Positions 1 to 13,825 of a stretch of 64,000 bases of DNA are shown piece after piece. A program made the translations under genes and the position numbers. Origin of the DNA: Macrostomum hystrix (taxonomy: Eukaryota; Animalia; Platyhelminthes); contig CATNEN010000001.1 of assembly GCA_950097015.1 (NCBI GenBank), positions 23,312,001 to 23,376,000 on the forward strand. The letters run 5' to 3'. Below the pieces are notes generated by a model. That model saw only the letters and a program-made list of their open reading frames with translations, had not been told where the DNA came from and did no database searches. Within the stretch, counting starts at the first letter, position 1; every line of letters starts with the position of its first letter.

Positions 1-1289
1 TGTGAATAATTTTGAAGGCCCAAATTTTGTCTTGGCTAGGCTTAACACTTATTTGTAGCATAACATTAAAATAGAATAGAATACAACATGTAAATTGTTA
101 AGATTAAGCACTAGCAGTACCATTTAGCATCGCCAAGTCAATATTAAAATTCAATACTTCTTGCAGTGATAGGGGGGCCTAGGCCCTACCGAGCAACAAA
201 ACTTAAAGCTGATTAAAGTTTCAATGCAATGTGGGCAACTAATGATTCAGCTAATATAAATACAGACTTGTATACATTTATTTTAGAACTAAACATTCCT
301 AACTTAACTAAGCATAGGACACCTTTAATTGCAAACAATACAATAAAATGGATGAAACATAGTACGCCTGTCAAAATCAAATGTTAAAGAGCCGAAGCGA
401 TCGAGAACAAAGATGACCGTTTTTTCGGTACCAGTTCCAGTTCCAAATAATGCATAGTGGGAAATTTATTACAAAAAACTACTTTGCGCATTTCTAAGCA
501 CAAAATGCTTTAAAATGTCAAAACTGCCAGAAGAAATCTACTTATAAATTAAATTTCATTAAGATTCTTTGCCCAATCACTGAGTTATAGCCTTCTACTT
601 TATTATGGAATGCATGTCCCATTAAACCTAATGCATTTCAAAAGTCAAGTGACTTTTTTGCAGAAAAAAATGTATCATTTTAAGCGTCAGAGCCTATCGA
701 CATAACTTCAAATATCAAAACTGCCAGAAGAAATCTACTAAAAAATAAAATTTCATGCAGATTCTCTGCCTAATCTAACTCCCTAGAGAACATTGAATTG
801 AAGATTCTTACAAGATCTGACTTGAACTTCCCGCTACGGACTTGCAAGAAATTACCAGATCTTGCCTATGTAAATGTATATGCAGATCGTACCTGATCTT
901 GCATGTTCTTGTAAGACACGAACTGCCAAGATCATACTGAAACACATCACGATCTTATCAGATATTTCAAGATATGCCAAGACAGCAGTGTACATTTGCA
1001 CCCTTGGAACTTGGTTATCTGGTCAGATCTGGGCTTAAAGCTTGCCAGTTTATTGCAGTTTTATATTTTAAGCATAGTAAAAGAAAGTAGTCATAAGCAA
1101 GATTTCGTATTTTTTTCATTCTTTATTCAAAAAAATTTTATATATTTAAAATTATACTTCTGATTGTGCTTGTTCTAATTGTTCTGATTTGTGAATTTCT
1201 GTTTGGTTTTATTTATCGTTTTACACTGAACGTGGCATATACATAGTGACAGCGATTGTGATAGAATCTGCGTATAAGCAGTACAAAAA

Positions 1290-1495
1290 GAGTGACACTG
1301 ACAGAAAGACAGTAAAATAGACAGTAGCAACGAAAGACAATGACAAGCAAAATCGGCATATAAGTAGTACAAAAGGGACACTAGCAGCGAAATTAAAAGA
1401 CAATGACAAGCAAAATCAGCATATAAGTAGTACAAAAGGGACACTAGCAGCGAAATTAAAAGACAATGACAAGCAAAATCAGCATATAAGTAGTT
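1290..1495. repeat. ~63-bp tandem repeat, ~3 copies
   Basis: agcatataagtagtacaaaagggacactagcagcgaaattaaaagacaatgacaagcaaaatc recurs with 63-bp period (ctagcagcg at 1381 and 1444). Confidence 0.85.
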
Positions 1496-1732
1496 TCAAA
1501 GAGAGACAATTGTCACAAGAATAACTTTTTTAGTATGTGAATTCGACAAACTGCTTCCGCAGCAGTGGCAGTATAGAGAGCAGGCAGTGGCGATAGAGTG
1601 TGAGCAGTTGCGATGTGGTGCAGGAATCAGAATTCCGCAGTTCATAGCAGTCCTAACTGTAAACAGAATTATATATATTTTAAATGTAGACAAAATCTGC
1701 TGAGATACGAATACAACTGGAGTGAATTTTAC

Positions 1733-3100
1733 CTACCGTTTTCCCAGGCGCTTGCGATGGAATCTGGGGATATCGATGCGATCCTGATTGACATCGACCG
1801 ATGCGATCCGATTCGATCCGATCCGATCCGATAACAAAAAAATGAAAAAGAAAATCCTATGTAAATTTAAAAAAATATTATAAAGATGCATTATGATACA
1901 CAACGAGTTTAACTTCAAGATTTGCACAGCTTGGCACTGGTGAAAAATGTAATCGTTTCGGGCAGTGTTTATCCAAGGCCTGCAAGAAGACATGCGTGCA
2001 TCACGTGCAACCTCAACCTCAAAGTAGAAACTGTGTAACATTCTTTCTAACGTGATGAAAATATTTTCGCTGCCTCGTCACGAAGGTAAGGAACCATAAT
2101 TTGCGACATTGCATATAGAGAAAAGTTCTTTAGATCGTGCGCTCTCCATGACGACAGCTTCTGGTCGAGGGGCTTGAATCGAGGAAAATCGTGAGGAACC
2201 GGCTGATCCTTAAGACGCCGGTTAAGTGCATCAAGTGCATGCCGGCCAAGTAAACTTTTTTCGGCATACTTGGTCAGTCGTTTTACAATGCCTTCAAAAA
2301 GCATGTGCATAGAATCTAAAATTACGTTAGTCGGCATTTCTACGAAATTTGACAGCGAAGAGACAGACTTGAGACCGAAATTTTATTTTTTAGCTACAGT
2401 TGCTGCAAAAGCAGATTCCCAAAAATTGGCAACAGTTCTAGGCGTTCTAGACAGATATAAAAGCACCTAATCCAATTTCTGCAGTCTTCGATGTTACTAT
2501 AGACTACATTCTTTAATGCCCGACTGTCAGTTATGGGCAGATTAGCCCCGAAAAAGTTATTCAACTTCAAATCCGATTCGACTGCTGCTTTAGTTTTTTC
2601 GTGCCGAGTTTGTGACAAGAGGACAGACGCAGAAAATACCAAGCGCTGATCGCATTTGGGGCTGTTTTCTAACGCAGATAAATATACGAAGGGCTGTTCA
2701 GGTGGAGCATTTTCAGCAGTTGTTTTCCGATTCAGAAATGCTACTTTGGTCAGCATGGATTGCATTAGAGGAAAACTAAAATTCAATTAGCATTATACCA
2801 CAGAATTAAATAGCAGGAATGAGAGCACAAGTAAGATTGTGAAGTGAAAGCACAAACATAAGGAACCGAAAACTCACCTGTGCAGTTCCTAAACTTTGCG
2901 ACTCAACAATACTGGTGCCAGCAGAAGGACCCTGGCCTCTAACATCTGCAGCAGGCGTCTCCTGGTTTGCCACTGCGTCTGCGACATACGTTGAGTTTAC
3001 GCTATTGGAGTCATCGTCCTGTGACTCCCATACATAAGCACTTGAAGGGCGCAGACAGAGCCGTTTGTAACGTTGCTGCTGTGATTGCATGCTGCAACGA
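1733..3100 (-). pseudogene. Fragmented CACTA/EnSpm(CMC)-like transposase
   Basis: ORF 2047-2337 has LDSMHMLFEGIVKRL...P.DFPR...WRAHDLKNFSLY, matching the D-x-MH...G..K and W+A.E...F.LY motifs of metazoan EnSpm-like transposases; broken into several short ORFs. Confidence 0.6.
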
Positions 3101-3639
3101 ATGATTGGTCGATCAATAAAAATAAGTAAGCATTTAAAAGATGTTGCTACAAAATAATTTACTATCACTACTGCGAATCTAATTATTAAAATATCTACAT
3201 AAAATGAGTTTTTACAACAAAAATAGCATCGGCGGCTTTTGGATAGTTTTTCCAACAAATATTGGCACAAACTACTTTGTAATTAATTGACGAAATTTAG
3301 AAAAATGAATATAGTGAGTCAGTGACCTCAGTTTGGCAGTTAAGCGACAAAGCGATCGCAAAATGTTTAAGGTCAGGACAATTGACAAAAAATCGACAAG
3401 CAGTGGTGCAACCATGATTTTTCGAATAGGCCGGAGAGGGGCGGACCAAAGGTAAATACGAGTAAATCATCCTGGACGAGTGGCGGATGTGATAGGGCCG
3501 TTTTGATAAAAAATTCGCTCGGTCCCCCTTACAATATTTTGGATCCTCACGCGGAAGGGGGGTGGCCGCCCCCTGGTTGCGCCAGTGTTGCTAAGTTGAC
3601 TGAAACAAACCGTGATGATCAACAAACAGTTATTATCAA

Positions 3640-5244
3640 TTTAGAGTAAGCGGAAGATTTTTTCTCGACAAAAAGCTTGACAGTCCTTCAAATCAGCCGT
3701 CAGCAGTGTTTCCTTCGTCGGCTGACATCTTTTTCTTCTTATTCGATCTTCGGTCGCGGGAGGCTTGGTTTAGAGAAGCTCGTACCTGAGCCCACACGCT
3801 TGATGTTCCGAATCGCGTACGAAGAGCAGCTGATAAAGTAGTCAGGTTTATAGGACAAATAAGCTTTTATAAAATATATATTGTTTATTGAAATTCTATA
3901 TTTAAATATTTATACAACATAACTCATAGCAAGGAAAGAAACATGAAAAATCTATCAAAAACAACTGACACGCTCGTATTTATATTTGATCTGCACAATC
4001 AACTCGCCAGGGGCACTAGACACACCTTCTACAAGAGGACTCTGCTCGAATCGATTTTGGGCGACATAGTCTCGTCCCATGAGGCGATCAACGAGAGCCA
4101 AGGCAAACAATGTGCATGTTGTACTGGTTAACTCGTGGATGCTGAACTCTCGGCCAAGATAATCGGTAAGAAGCTGAAATTGTTTACACAATTTTAAAAA
4201 AAAGCTGAGTGTAAAAAAACTATAGTATGCCAAAGAATTACCATTTCATCTCCAGTACCCTGTACCGGTCGAGTACCCTTTCGCGAAGATCTACAAGAAT
4301 AATTTTGATTTGCTGGAGCAAACGAATCATGGCATCGGCCTGGGAACTTGTCATTAGATTGCTGCCTGTTTGCTGCCTTGAATGAGGCGTTTCAGAACAT
4401 GCCGACAGTCTTGCCGTAGCAGGTTGGCAGGAGGCCAAATTTGGTGTAGTTGGGACGTCGTCAATAACAATTGATCGTTTAGCTGTTGTACTAGAGTGGT
4501 CCATACTAGCACGATCAGCAGAAGAAACGACGGCCAGCTTTGCAACCTCTCGATCGAAGTGCGCTGTCTCTGGAAATATTTATACAAATTCATACAGAAA
4601 TGAAACAGTAATATTATTTGCTACTGCTTAAACAAAATACAGATGAATCAACATACAAGTTAAAGCTACAGCGCTAGAAGCTTCACTCGAAGCAGAAGCC
4701 TGTTCAGAGACGTTGAAATCGATGGCGCCTAAGTTAATAAAGTAGAGTCAAATATATTTTAATACATGCTTAAATTTTATGTACAAAACTATGCCAACAT
4801 GTTACATCCACCAAAATACTTACCTAAAGTTTTCCTTGCAATAGCTGACGCACTTAACTCTGCATCAGGATTGAAAGATGGATCAGCTTCTTCATCATCA
4901 GCCTCCAAACTTGAATCGGACTTGTCAGCGTCCAACTCATGATCTTGATATTTGATGGAAGCATCAGTTAATTTCAAAACAAAATCGATCAATTCCTTTT
5001 CAATATGTAAAATTCACTTACAGTCATTCTGGGCTTTATCAGCTAGCTCCATGGCATCTTCTGTGTCAAAGTTCTCACCATTCTTCGGAAAAGTAGAGAT
5101 GATTGACTCAAGAGCCTCTGCAAACCTTTCAATGTTGCCTTTTAGTTTGTCTTTCACAAGAACAGTACACAGTACCTTGTGTCCATTTTCTGAGATGAAA
5201 AAGGTAGATCCCTGAAATGTTTTTAATAAATACCTAGATAACAT
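3640..5244 (-). pseudogene. Spliced transposon accessory gene remnant, BEN/DUF4806-like C-terminus
   Basis: Short exon-like ORFs separated by AT-rich intron-like segments; Ser/Thr-rich stretch, coiled coil (MIRLLQQIKIILVDLRERV), then TLFALALVDRLMG...VWAQVRASLNQASRDRR, which resembles BEN-type accessory ORFs of CMC elements. Confidence 0.35.
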
Positions 5245-5364
5245 TAGTCATATATATATTTACAAAATATACCTAAGTTTATATGTATGCTAAAAAATTT
5301 TATATGTGCATCCAATATTATTCTAACACTATGTACAAACTTTAAAATATTTATGTAGGAGCAC

Positions 5365-7284
5365 TTACCTTTTTCCAATTCGCTCATCATCTGGCTCGAA
5401 TGTGCTGCAGCTGGTCGAATCATCGTCATCGTCCAAAAAGGTTTCGATGTCAGGCAGGCAATTCCAGTTGGAAACGTTATCCACGAGCAGTTTCCGTGTT
5501 ACAGGAACTGAATGCTTGGAGCCAAACAATGCGATAATTTGCTTCGCTACGGCCACGAAGTCTTGATATCTCTCTCGCTACATCAAGTAGACAAAACAAC
5601 GAATCCAAAAAAGACGAAATCTTGGACTCTGTGAATTCTGTGCCTGAGCGAAGATTTCTGCATACTGCGCCTATAATGTGGTTCGAGCAAAGAGAAGGGA
5701 TTGTTGACAAGCGTCCGGCTGCACCTTTGTCAACTATGTCAAATTGGAGCCGTAGAACGTCGGAAATGGGCATTTGAGTGAACAAAAGGCAGACACTGTG
5801 AATCATCGCCCATGAAAAATCCGTCACAACCATTCCGACTGGACTGACTGAGCGATTGTGTAGTCGACTCAATGAGAAATAAAAGCTCGACAAAACAGCT
5901 ACAATGCTGTCCGTTTTGTGAGAAGAAAGTAGGGCATCTGAAATATTTAGAGGCTTCAGCTCAAACCTGCTCTCTAGTGTTATGCTGTATAGCAGGACCA
6001 TTTCAGGACTGTATTAAATTTTCTGGATGATACTACCAGTTGCGTCTAAATGAAGCACTAGACTGCATGTAGGAGAGCAACTCTTAAGCAAGAAGCGCAA
6101 CTGATTTTCACAAAACATGTACACATGAAACGGACTAGCTTCAATTGATTGAATATAGCCCTGCAGCGTCAGATTTGGTGTTGCTAACTCTAGGGCACTT
6201 TTTGGTACAGCAGCTCAGTAATGATGTTAAAGCTGACCTTTTCAGCTGAGGCAGCCAAGTGACGCAGTCGAGTATGTCTATTTTTTGTTCCGACCGTGTT
6301 ATAATTGTTGGAGTCTGTCACTTCCTGTGCGGCGTTAACAAGACTAGCGTAGAAAAGACTCCTTCCAGGTAGCAGCCTAAATCCAGTTGATTGATCACTT
6401 TCACATCTAAGCCGATATACGCTTTCTCTTGTTTCTTCAGCAGTGCTGCGGCGACATCTCGGAAGGAAGTGGCACTCTTCACCTCTGAAGAAAATTTTAA
6501 CAAGTCGATGAGACTCAGTCGCGAGTGCTTGCTCTTTGGAGACAGTTACGATGTACTCCTTGCAATTATTTTGCTGACACTTCAGTTGCTGCTCTAGCCA
6601 AATAGGAGAACTTCCTGATGGTGAAAAAAACTGCCGTTTTTTTAATACAAATACACAGGCAGAGTGACGCTCTAGCGTGTCCAGAATTTAAGTTCGCTAT
6701 TTTTTAGCTAGAGACGTGTCGAATTTTCTTGTTTTCATGCCTTGTGAAATTATTTCTCTCCAAAGCTCATCATGGACGCAAAACTCGATGAGCTGCGCAA
6801 AGTGCATGCACGACCCTGAGTTTCGATGGTCTCCTGCAGGACGATGACGATGTTCTGCACTGTTGCGTCCAGGATCGTTCGCATTAGAATTTTCTGTAAA
6901 TGGCGATTCGCAGCTTTCATTAGCTGCTATTGATAGTGACTCTGGTGTCTCAGACTCAGTTAGTGAGTCTGTATCCTCATTTGACATTTTTTATTCTTGT
7001 TCATCAGCGGTTGAGTTTCCTGACTCTGAATCAGCTGAACTGTCTGGCCTAATTGGAGACGGTGCTCCAGCGTTAGATTTAGTTGAAGGTTTGCCAGTGA
7101 TGGAGTCATTTAGTGGGTTTGAATCATCATCCGACACTATGGCTTCGTGTTCATGAATGGTTGAGTTCCCTGGCTCTGAGTTCCCTGAAGCAGCAGCATC
7201 ATCTGAACTGCCTGGCCAAATTGGAGGCGGTAATCCAACTGATTGTGCTGTACTATTCGTAGCTTTTGATGTTTTACTTTCCAA
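5365..7284 (-). pseudogene. MULE-superfamily (NOF-FB-like) transposase, disrupted
   Basis: Minus strand reads LVLHLDATGSIIQK* (~6020-6065), then LLYS...LLSSH.T..I...VVTDFSWAMIHSV...LCSNHII: first D (DATG), second D (TDFS) and CxxH typical of MULE/NOF-FB transposases; stops and frameshifts; acidic Ser-rich N-terminal pieces at 6697-7284. Confidence 0.65.
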
Positions 7285-10200
7285 TCTATGAAACTGCTCT
7301 TGGAGGCGCTTCCTGTTTTTTGCCGTATTAACTATTTTGAGCCGCTTGCACTAGCGGCCCCATGACCTGCCAGGATCCCGCCAGCTGTCTTTGCGGGTCG
7401 GAAGCTGATTTTTGCTTAAGGAGTTCAAGAGGCGCTGGAAGTTCTCCTAAAGTGAGAATTAAAAAAACTACGCGTATGGGCACAATGGACTCGCCTATAA
7501 AGTTTTTTCTCATTGATAAATAAATACTCCATCTGAATAACGCATCTGAATTGAGTAATAAATCAACTCCTCTTGACAAGCGCACACCCACGCCTTCCAC
7601 TTCCTTTGATCTGTCTAATAATAAATTTTTCGTTTTCAACGTGCCTGTCTATTTTTTAAACTCATAAATCTTAATGTAACATTTTTCCTGTCATCATTTT
7701 TTATAAAGCGATAAATCACCCCCCATGATTTATGAACCACACCCCACTCCGCTCCCAACCAATCACCGTCCGGCTGGCGAAGCACGCGATCTGACTGTCT
7801 GGAATCCAGTTCAAGGTCGGGCTGATCACGCGATCACAGCGTGCGTGCGTGACTTGGGCTTTAAAGAAGCGGTTCCCTCGTTCAAGCAGACCTTCCTTCA
7901 CTTTGGTTACGTTCTCGAACTGTCGTGTTGATTCGGAACCCATTGGACCTCTCCAACATCTACTGTTCGGTCTCTGTTAGTATCTTCATATTTAGTTGTC
8001 GTCCGTCACTTGTTGGTCGTCTCCACCTTCGACCCTTCTATCCTCGGACACTGCTAGAAGAGTATTCGCGCTCGTCGTCTCGTCGCTGCTAGAGTCTGAG
8101 TCACGCCGCTGCGCAGCCCGGCCTAGCCAGCAGCCAGACACGTTGTCGCCGGTTCTGTGAGATCTCTCTCTGCACCTGTCTCTCAGTTTATTAGGAAAGT
8201 TTTTCACTGTGCCAAGTTAACTCCTCCCATCTCCTTCTCAAATTAACGCTCACTGTGTATATTTATATGTACTGAGAACTTACTAATTACGAGTTTAGGA
8301 ATCTAAATACTTTTAGCTTAACTTTAAGAATGATGACATTAGCCGATCAGAGTAGATAATATCAGAGCAACAGAACTGAAGCACATCAATTATATAGATA
8401 TGAGGAGAAGCGTGTCTAAATGCAATTACAATGTACTTTAATATTAACGCACTATGTCTAATGTAAGTCGAATGTATACTTCTATGATTTGTTGCACACG
8501 AGAATACATGGAAGCTGTGCTTTACCCTGTCTTCGCATTCCAGCATGGGCCTGATTATTATGAGTAAATAATTAATAGTTAAGAAGTTCGCTGATTGATT
8601 ACAAACGGTCACTCTTAACCTTGAGTAGGGCTCGTTGTCTTTGCTGCATCCCTAAGAATCCCCTATGCAAAAGTCCTCTCTCTTGCTGACCGATCTGCTC
8701 CCTGTCAGTGGGTTGTGCTGTCCCGAGGTGACTGGTGGCGGCCGTTGTCTAGCTGGTTCTACCTTTCACAACCTTGGCCCCTTCCGCTTGGTCCCTGAGA
8801 TCTCGGCCACTCAGTAACACCGCAAGCTACCAAGTACGATAAGAGGTGGAGTCGGTTTGAGGAGACCCCCAAATCCCTTCTATCCCTATGAGAGACAGCA
8901 CCGCCTTCGGGGTTCAAAAGCCAAGGGGCGACCTCATTATGGAGTCTGTAGCCCACTGAGAGTTCGAATCTCGCCCAAGGGAAAACAATCTCAGCCTACG
9001 AGTAGGACACTCCATAGTGCTTCAATTCAGTTTACCCAGTTGTTTACACGGATTGTAAATTTGGGTTGGTAGAGCGGCTTCCACAGTCCTTAGAGGACGT
9101 TTAAGACGCGCTATTGGCAGCTCTTATGCTATTTTCCTACTGTTTGTTCTATTCGCATTCAAACAATACTTTAGATTGACGCTTATTTTATCGTCAGCTG
9201 CATGGTTGATCCGTATTTAGAACAGGGCTACAATTTCCAGACCAGTCGAACTATCATTTCATTCCATTCAGGTTATTTATTCATTCAGGTCATGTTTTAT
9301 GTCACTTGTACTTAGGGCTCATAACCTACCTTTATTGGGATACTAATAACTTTACAAAAACTTGCAGAAGTTAATATAATAGACCGCATATAACATATGT
9401 TTGACTTTTTGTTTCTTAAAGTCTTGAGCCAGAGTTGTGCAAACGGAATTTCGCAAGCAATATGTGCTATAGCTTAAACGCATACTAATTTTATTCAAAA
9501 TCTACTCACTAAGATACTACATACAAAAATATTTATAGATATTACTAATAGTAATCACGTATAGAAGTCGTAACAATTCGAATTATGCAAAGCATTTGAT
9601 GTACAAAATATTTTTACTCATGTGATCTTGTCTAAACGAATGTGGGTTGATGATTTATATTTAAATGCATGTACATGTGCAGCAGTTATTCCAACTTATT
9701 CGATGCTTCATTTATTGGCAACCTAATTATTGACATTGATTATCAAATTGTTTATAGTTACTAGTCCCTATGTTACAGTATCTGACACCATCTGCGATAA
9801 TTTTAAATCGCCGCGCGATTTGAGTTAAAAAGTAGAAGACTTATTGTTCTGCCCAGTGAAGTCAGAAGAAAATATCAATAAGCAATTTAAGTTTTATACA
9901 CCAGTGGCTACATTTCTTCGCACAGTTATTGCATTTTAAGTAAATTAAATGGTACTAAAAAGGCAAAAGTCAACCCGATAGGCTCTGACGGTTGAAATGA
10001 TAAATTTTTCTTCTGCAAAAAAGACACTTGACTTTTGAAATGCAGTACGTCATAGAAATATACTTTCCTAATTTCCAGATTTTTGCTCAGCCTTTTCGAC
10101 TCATTATTCGGTCTTTTCGGAGAGCCATTTGGGCCTCATTGAAACGCAAACATAGCAATTTTCACATAGCGCTTATATTCAGCAGTTCAATTCTGCTCCA

Positions 10201-10315
10201 TTTAGCTAACTATTTAGATTTATTTATTCGGAAGTCAGATTAGGACAAAAAATAAACATAAAGGCCTTCTTAAAATCACTTTCAACTTCTCTCGTTTATA
10301 ACAACGTGTCGTACC

Positions 10316-10893
10316 TGTGGTAGCGTGGCACACACAATTGGTAAAATGACCAAGACAGGAACTAGATTCTGAGAGGATCTTTTCCGGCCTCAACACTGGT
10401 GCTTCGTCGCAGTGGAAGCAACCCGGTAGTCAGGCTCCAATTGCTAAGTTCTCTCTTACTTCCCTTTAGTCGGACTACGTCCAATCTGCCCTCGTGGACC
10501 TTATGCTTGATCGGGCGAGACACAAGGCTTCAAAATGCAGTGTACGGCCTAGATCGACAATAGACTTCTAAGATCTCTGAGGCAAGGTAAATGAATGCAA
10601 ACACAAACAGTAAGCACAAACGCAAACGGAAGAAATTTCAGTCCACACAGTGCCATCAATATAAAGAAATAGTGCTACCACGATACTAACACCATCTCAA
10701 GGATTCGTCGGACTGTGCCCTACTTATAGTAGGGGCATTTGAGCGTTGTTCTGCCAGTCTTCTTCCGAACTTAAGCGATTGCACCATGGTGTGCAATGTG
10801 ACTCAGTGCGCAGACAGAGCTGGAACGAGAGAGAGAAAGCGGAGGGGGTGGCGAGCGGAGGTGACAGTGCACGGGAAACACTAACTACCTACA
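10316..10893 (-). mobile_element. Putative LTR of a truncated LTR retrotransposon
   Basis: TGTGGTAG...CTACCTACA inverted termini; the adjacent ccccagccctccc reads as a polypurine tract on the minus strand; TATAAG on minus near 10725; no partner LTR seen. Confidence 0.4.
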
Positions 10894-11399
10894 CCCCAGC
10901 CCTCCCACAGACCTAGGACAGCCTGACTCACGGATTGTCTGGAGGCTGCTCAGCAGTCTACAGCACATCAAACGTAAACAGTGTATTTAATTTTTTTTCG
11001 CGTATTTAAATTCACGCGCTAGCTCTGTAGCTATTTTTAGAACTGGGAAGACCACGCTTCCTCTATGACTTTGCTCGCAAGCACTCTTTTTCTCTCGTTA
11101 TTGATATTGCATTAGAGCAGCAGCAGTGTACAGTATACTGAATGTATTGTTTCGTTCGAGATCGATTGACTGACTGATAGACACTGATTGAGACAGACTC
11201 TGTCTTATGGCATTCATTCATTTAATTTAACTTTGACTGGCGGCGGCAGCGACGACAAGCAAAAAACACGGAAAGGCAATTAGAATATTTTCTAAGCTAA
11301 AGTCTACTCGATTATATTTCGCAGAGGCTAACTAATGCTATCCAGTTGTACAATTGAATATTTATCTCACCTCGAAGTGGGCACAGGCGGACGGGGGCT

Positions 11400-13825
11400 T
11401 CGAGCCTTCTTTCTTTCTTTCTTTTTCTACTCAGCTCGCCGGTAGCGCATCGGCGCTAATATTGGCGGGGGCCAGCGCCCCATGTCGCGGAGGTAGGCGA
11501 TAATCTTCCTGGCGGGGCCGGCCAGGGGGTCGTCTGTGCCGAAGATGCGGTGGCGGGCCGCGTCGCCCTTTGGGCAGTGGTACAGGACGTGGTCCGTGGT
11601 GTCCGTGGCGCCGCAGTCTTGGCAGGTGTCGTCGTCCTGCAGGCCTAATCGTTGTCGCGTTGCGCCACAGATGGTGCTGACCCCGGCTCGGAGTTGGTTG
11701 ATCGTAGTGAACTCGAGTCTCGATCGACCAGGGTCAGTGGGGCGGAGCGGCGGTCCTAGGATCTGTTCGTCGAGTTCCTGGCGTCCGCGGCGAATGGCAG
11801 CTCGGGCTGCCGACCTGCTAATTGCGGCATTAGCTTGGTCCTGGGCTGCGGCTTCGGCGGCAAGCGGTAGCTCGTAGGGACGAGCTGTTGGGCTTAGTGC
11901 TGCAACAGCCGGTGATGAGGCGGGCGCAGATATTTTGCTGACGCTCCACGCTCTGCCGTGTGCTGGGAGAGGCGCCGGTGACCCAGATGGCGCTGCCGTG
12001 GTCGGCGCAGGCGCGGATGGTGGCGGTGTAGATCGTCCTCAGAGTTCGGGCGTCGGCCCCGTTGCTGCGGTGCGCGATGGCCGCTAGTGCTCGGCGGCGC
12101 TGGGCCATTCGCTGCCGGATCTCTGCGCCGTGCTTGCTGAAGGTCAGCTGTCCGTCGAAGGTCACTCCCAGGAGGCGCGGGTGCGGGTTGAAAGCAAGTT
12201 CGTTGCCATCGATGGTGAGCGAAAGGCGGACTTTGCCGTTGCTCTCCGATGGGCAGAGTGTGAAGGTGGAGTATTCACACTTCTCGAGGCAGAGCAGGAC
12301 CTTCCACCTCTTGCAACACCTGACGACCGCGTCGATCGCGGAGGAATCGGTAGATCCAGAGCGTGAAGCGCGGCGGCACACCGGCGTTACGGAGTTTGAT
12401 GCAGAGGGCACGGAGCCAGACGCGGTTGTAAGCACGGCGAAAGTCGAGCAGGACAAGGGTCGAGCGGAGCGCCGGGCTGGCCTCCAGTCAGTCGAACACG
12501 GATTGGCAGACGTGAGCTAAGATTTCTTCGGTGCTCCGCCCGGTCCGGAAGCCCGCCTGTTCCGGGGCGAGGATGCCGTTGCGCTCAAGCCAGCAGCTGA
12601 GGCGTTGTTGAATCATCCGCTCGGCGGTCTTGGCCACGCAGCTGGTCAACGCGATGGGGCGGTACGACGTGGGCGACGAGAGGTCTTTGCCCTTCTTGGG
12701 GATGGGCACGATGATGGCGCGCTTCCAGCCGGTCGGGATCGGGGCGCCATTCCACACAGCGTTAACGATCGCAAGGACGCGCTGTTCTGCCGCCGGGGGG
12801 AGCTGCTTGAGCATCTCGTTGCAAATGTCATCCGGCCCGGCGCTCTTCCCAGATTTGAGGCGCCTGATCGCAGCGCGGAGCTCGACGATGGAGAAATCGT
12901 TCTCGGCATCGTTGTGGCCGGCCGTCCTGCGGCAGGAGCGGAGGTACGCGTTGGCTTCTCTGCGGGTAGGAGTGTCGTCCGTGCTCTTTTTAAGGCGGGA
13001 CTCAGCGGCGTAGATGCCGGCGAAGAGATTGGCCTTTTGGCGGTCGCTCACGGCCGTGTGCTGGTGCCCACGCTCAGTCGTGAAACTGATGCAGGCGCTG
13101 GAGCGGGCCGCCGGGGCGTCGCCACGCAGGGACCGGGCAAGTTTGAACAGATCGGAGTTGATGGTAAGACTCTCGCAGGTACGGCTCCAGTGATCGCGTT
13201 TGGCGTTGGACACCGTGGACCGGAAGTCCCTCCGGGCCCGGTTCAGATCCGCGACGTTGGTCTCGGATGGTGCAAGCTCGGTCCTGAGGCGGGCCTCTTG
13301 GCAGGATTTAAGAGCGGCGTCACAAGCTGCGTTCCAGAAGGATTTCTCTTTGCCCTTGCGGGATCCTCTGGTAATGGAGTCGGCAGCGGCCTTGAGGATG
13401 TCTTTGCAGAGGGATCTGTAGGCGCGATCGGAGTGGCGGACGCCGCCGTCAGTAGGTTCTCTCGCCGCGTTGAGGCTAGCCTTGAACAGGGTCCAGTCCG
13501 CCTTCTTGAAGGACCATTGGGTGTGGCACGGGCCTGGGCTCAGTTTTTCGGCTTGAATAGCGAAAATAATAGGTAGATGGTCGGATCCGAGGTCGGCGTC
13601 GACCTTCCAGGAATTGCACGCGGTCTGGCGCAGGGCCCCCCTAGCCCAGGTCGTGTCGGGCGCGGACTTGCCGCCTGTGGCCGGGTTGATCCTGGTGCTG
13701 AATCCTGGACGGTTGCAGAGCTGGAGCTGGCGGTCGGCGGCCCAGAGCTCCAGGGCCACGCCGCGAGCGTCCTCGGTGCAGTCAGTGTCCCAGCTGCTGT
13801 GCGCGTTGAAATCGCCATCGCGGTT
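11400..13825 (-). mobile_element. Truncated, internally deleted non-LTR retrotransposon (I/Ingi-like; APE-RT-zinc knuckle)
   Basis: APE motifs GDFNAH, PDTTW, DLGSDHLPI; RT N-terminus KSAGPDDI.NEMLK, SYRPIALTSCVAKTAERMI, EQAGFR; RT C-terminus RLLGVTFD..LTF..H; CQDC...DHVLYHCP near 11570-11625; (AGAA)n tail near 11407-11425; YxDD region missing. Confidence 0.9.
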
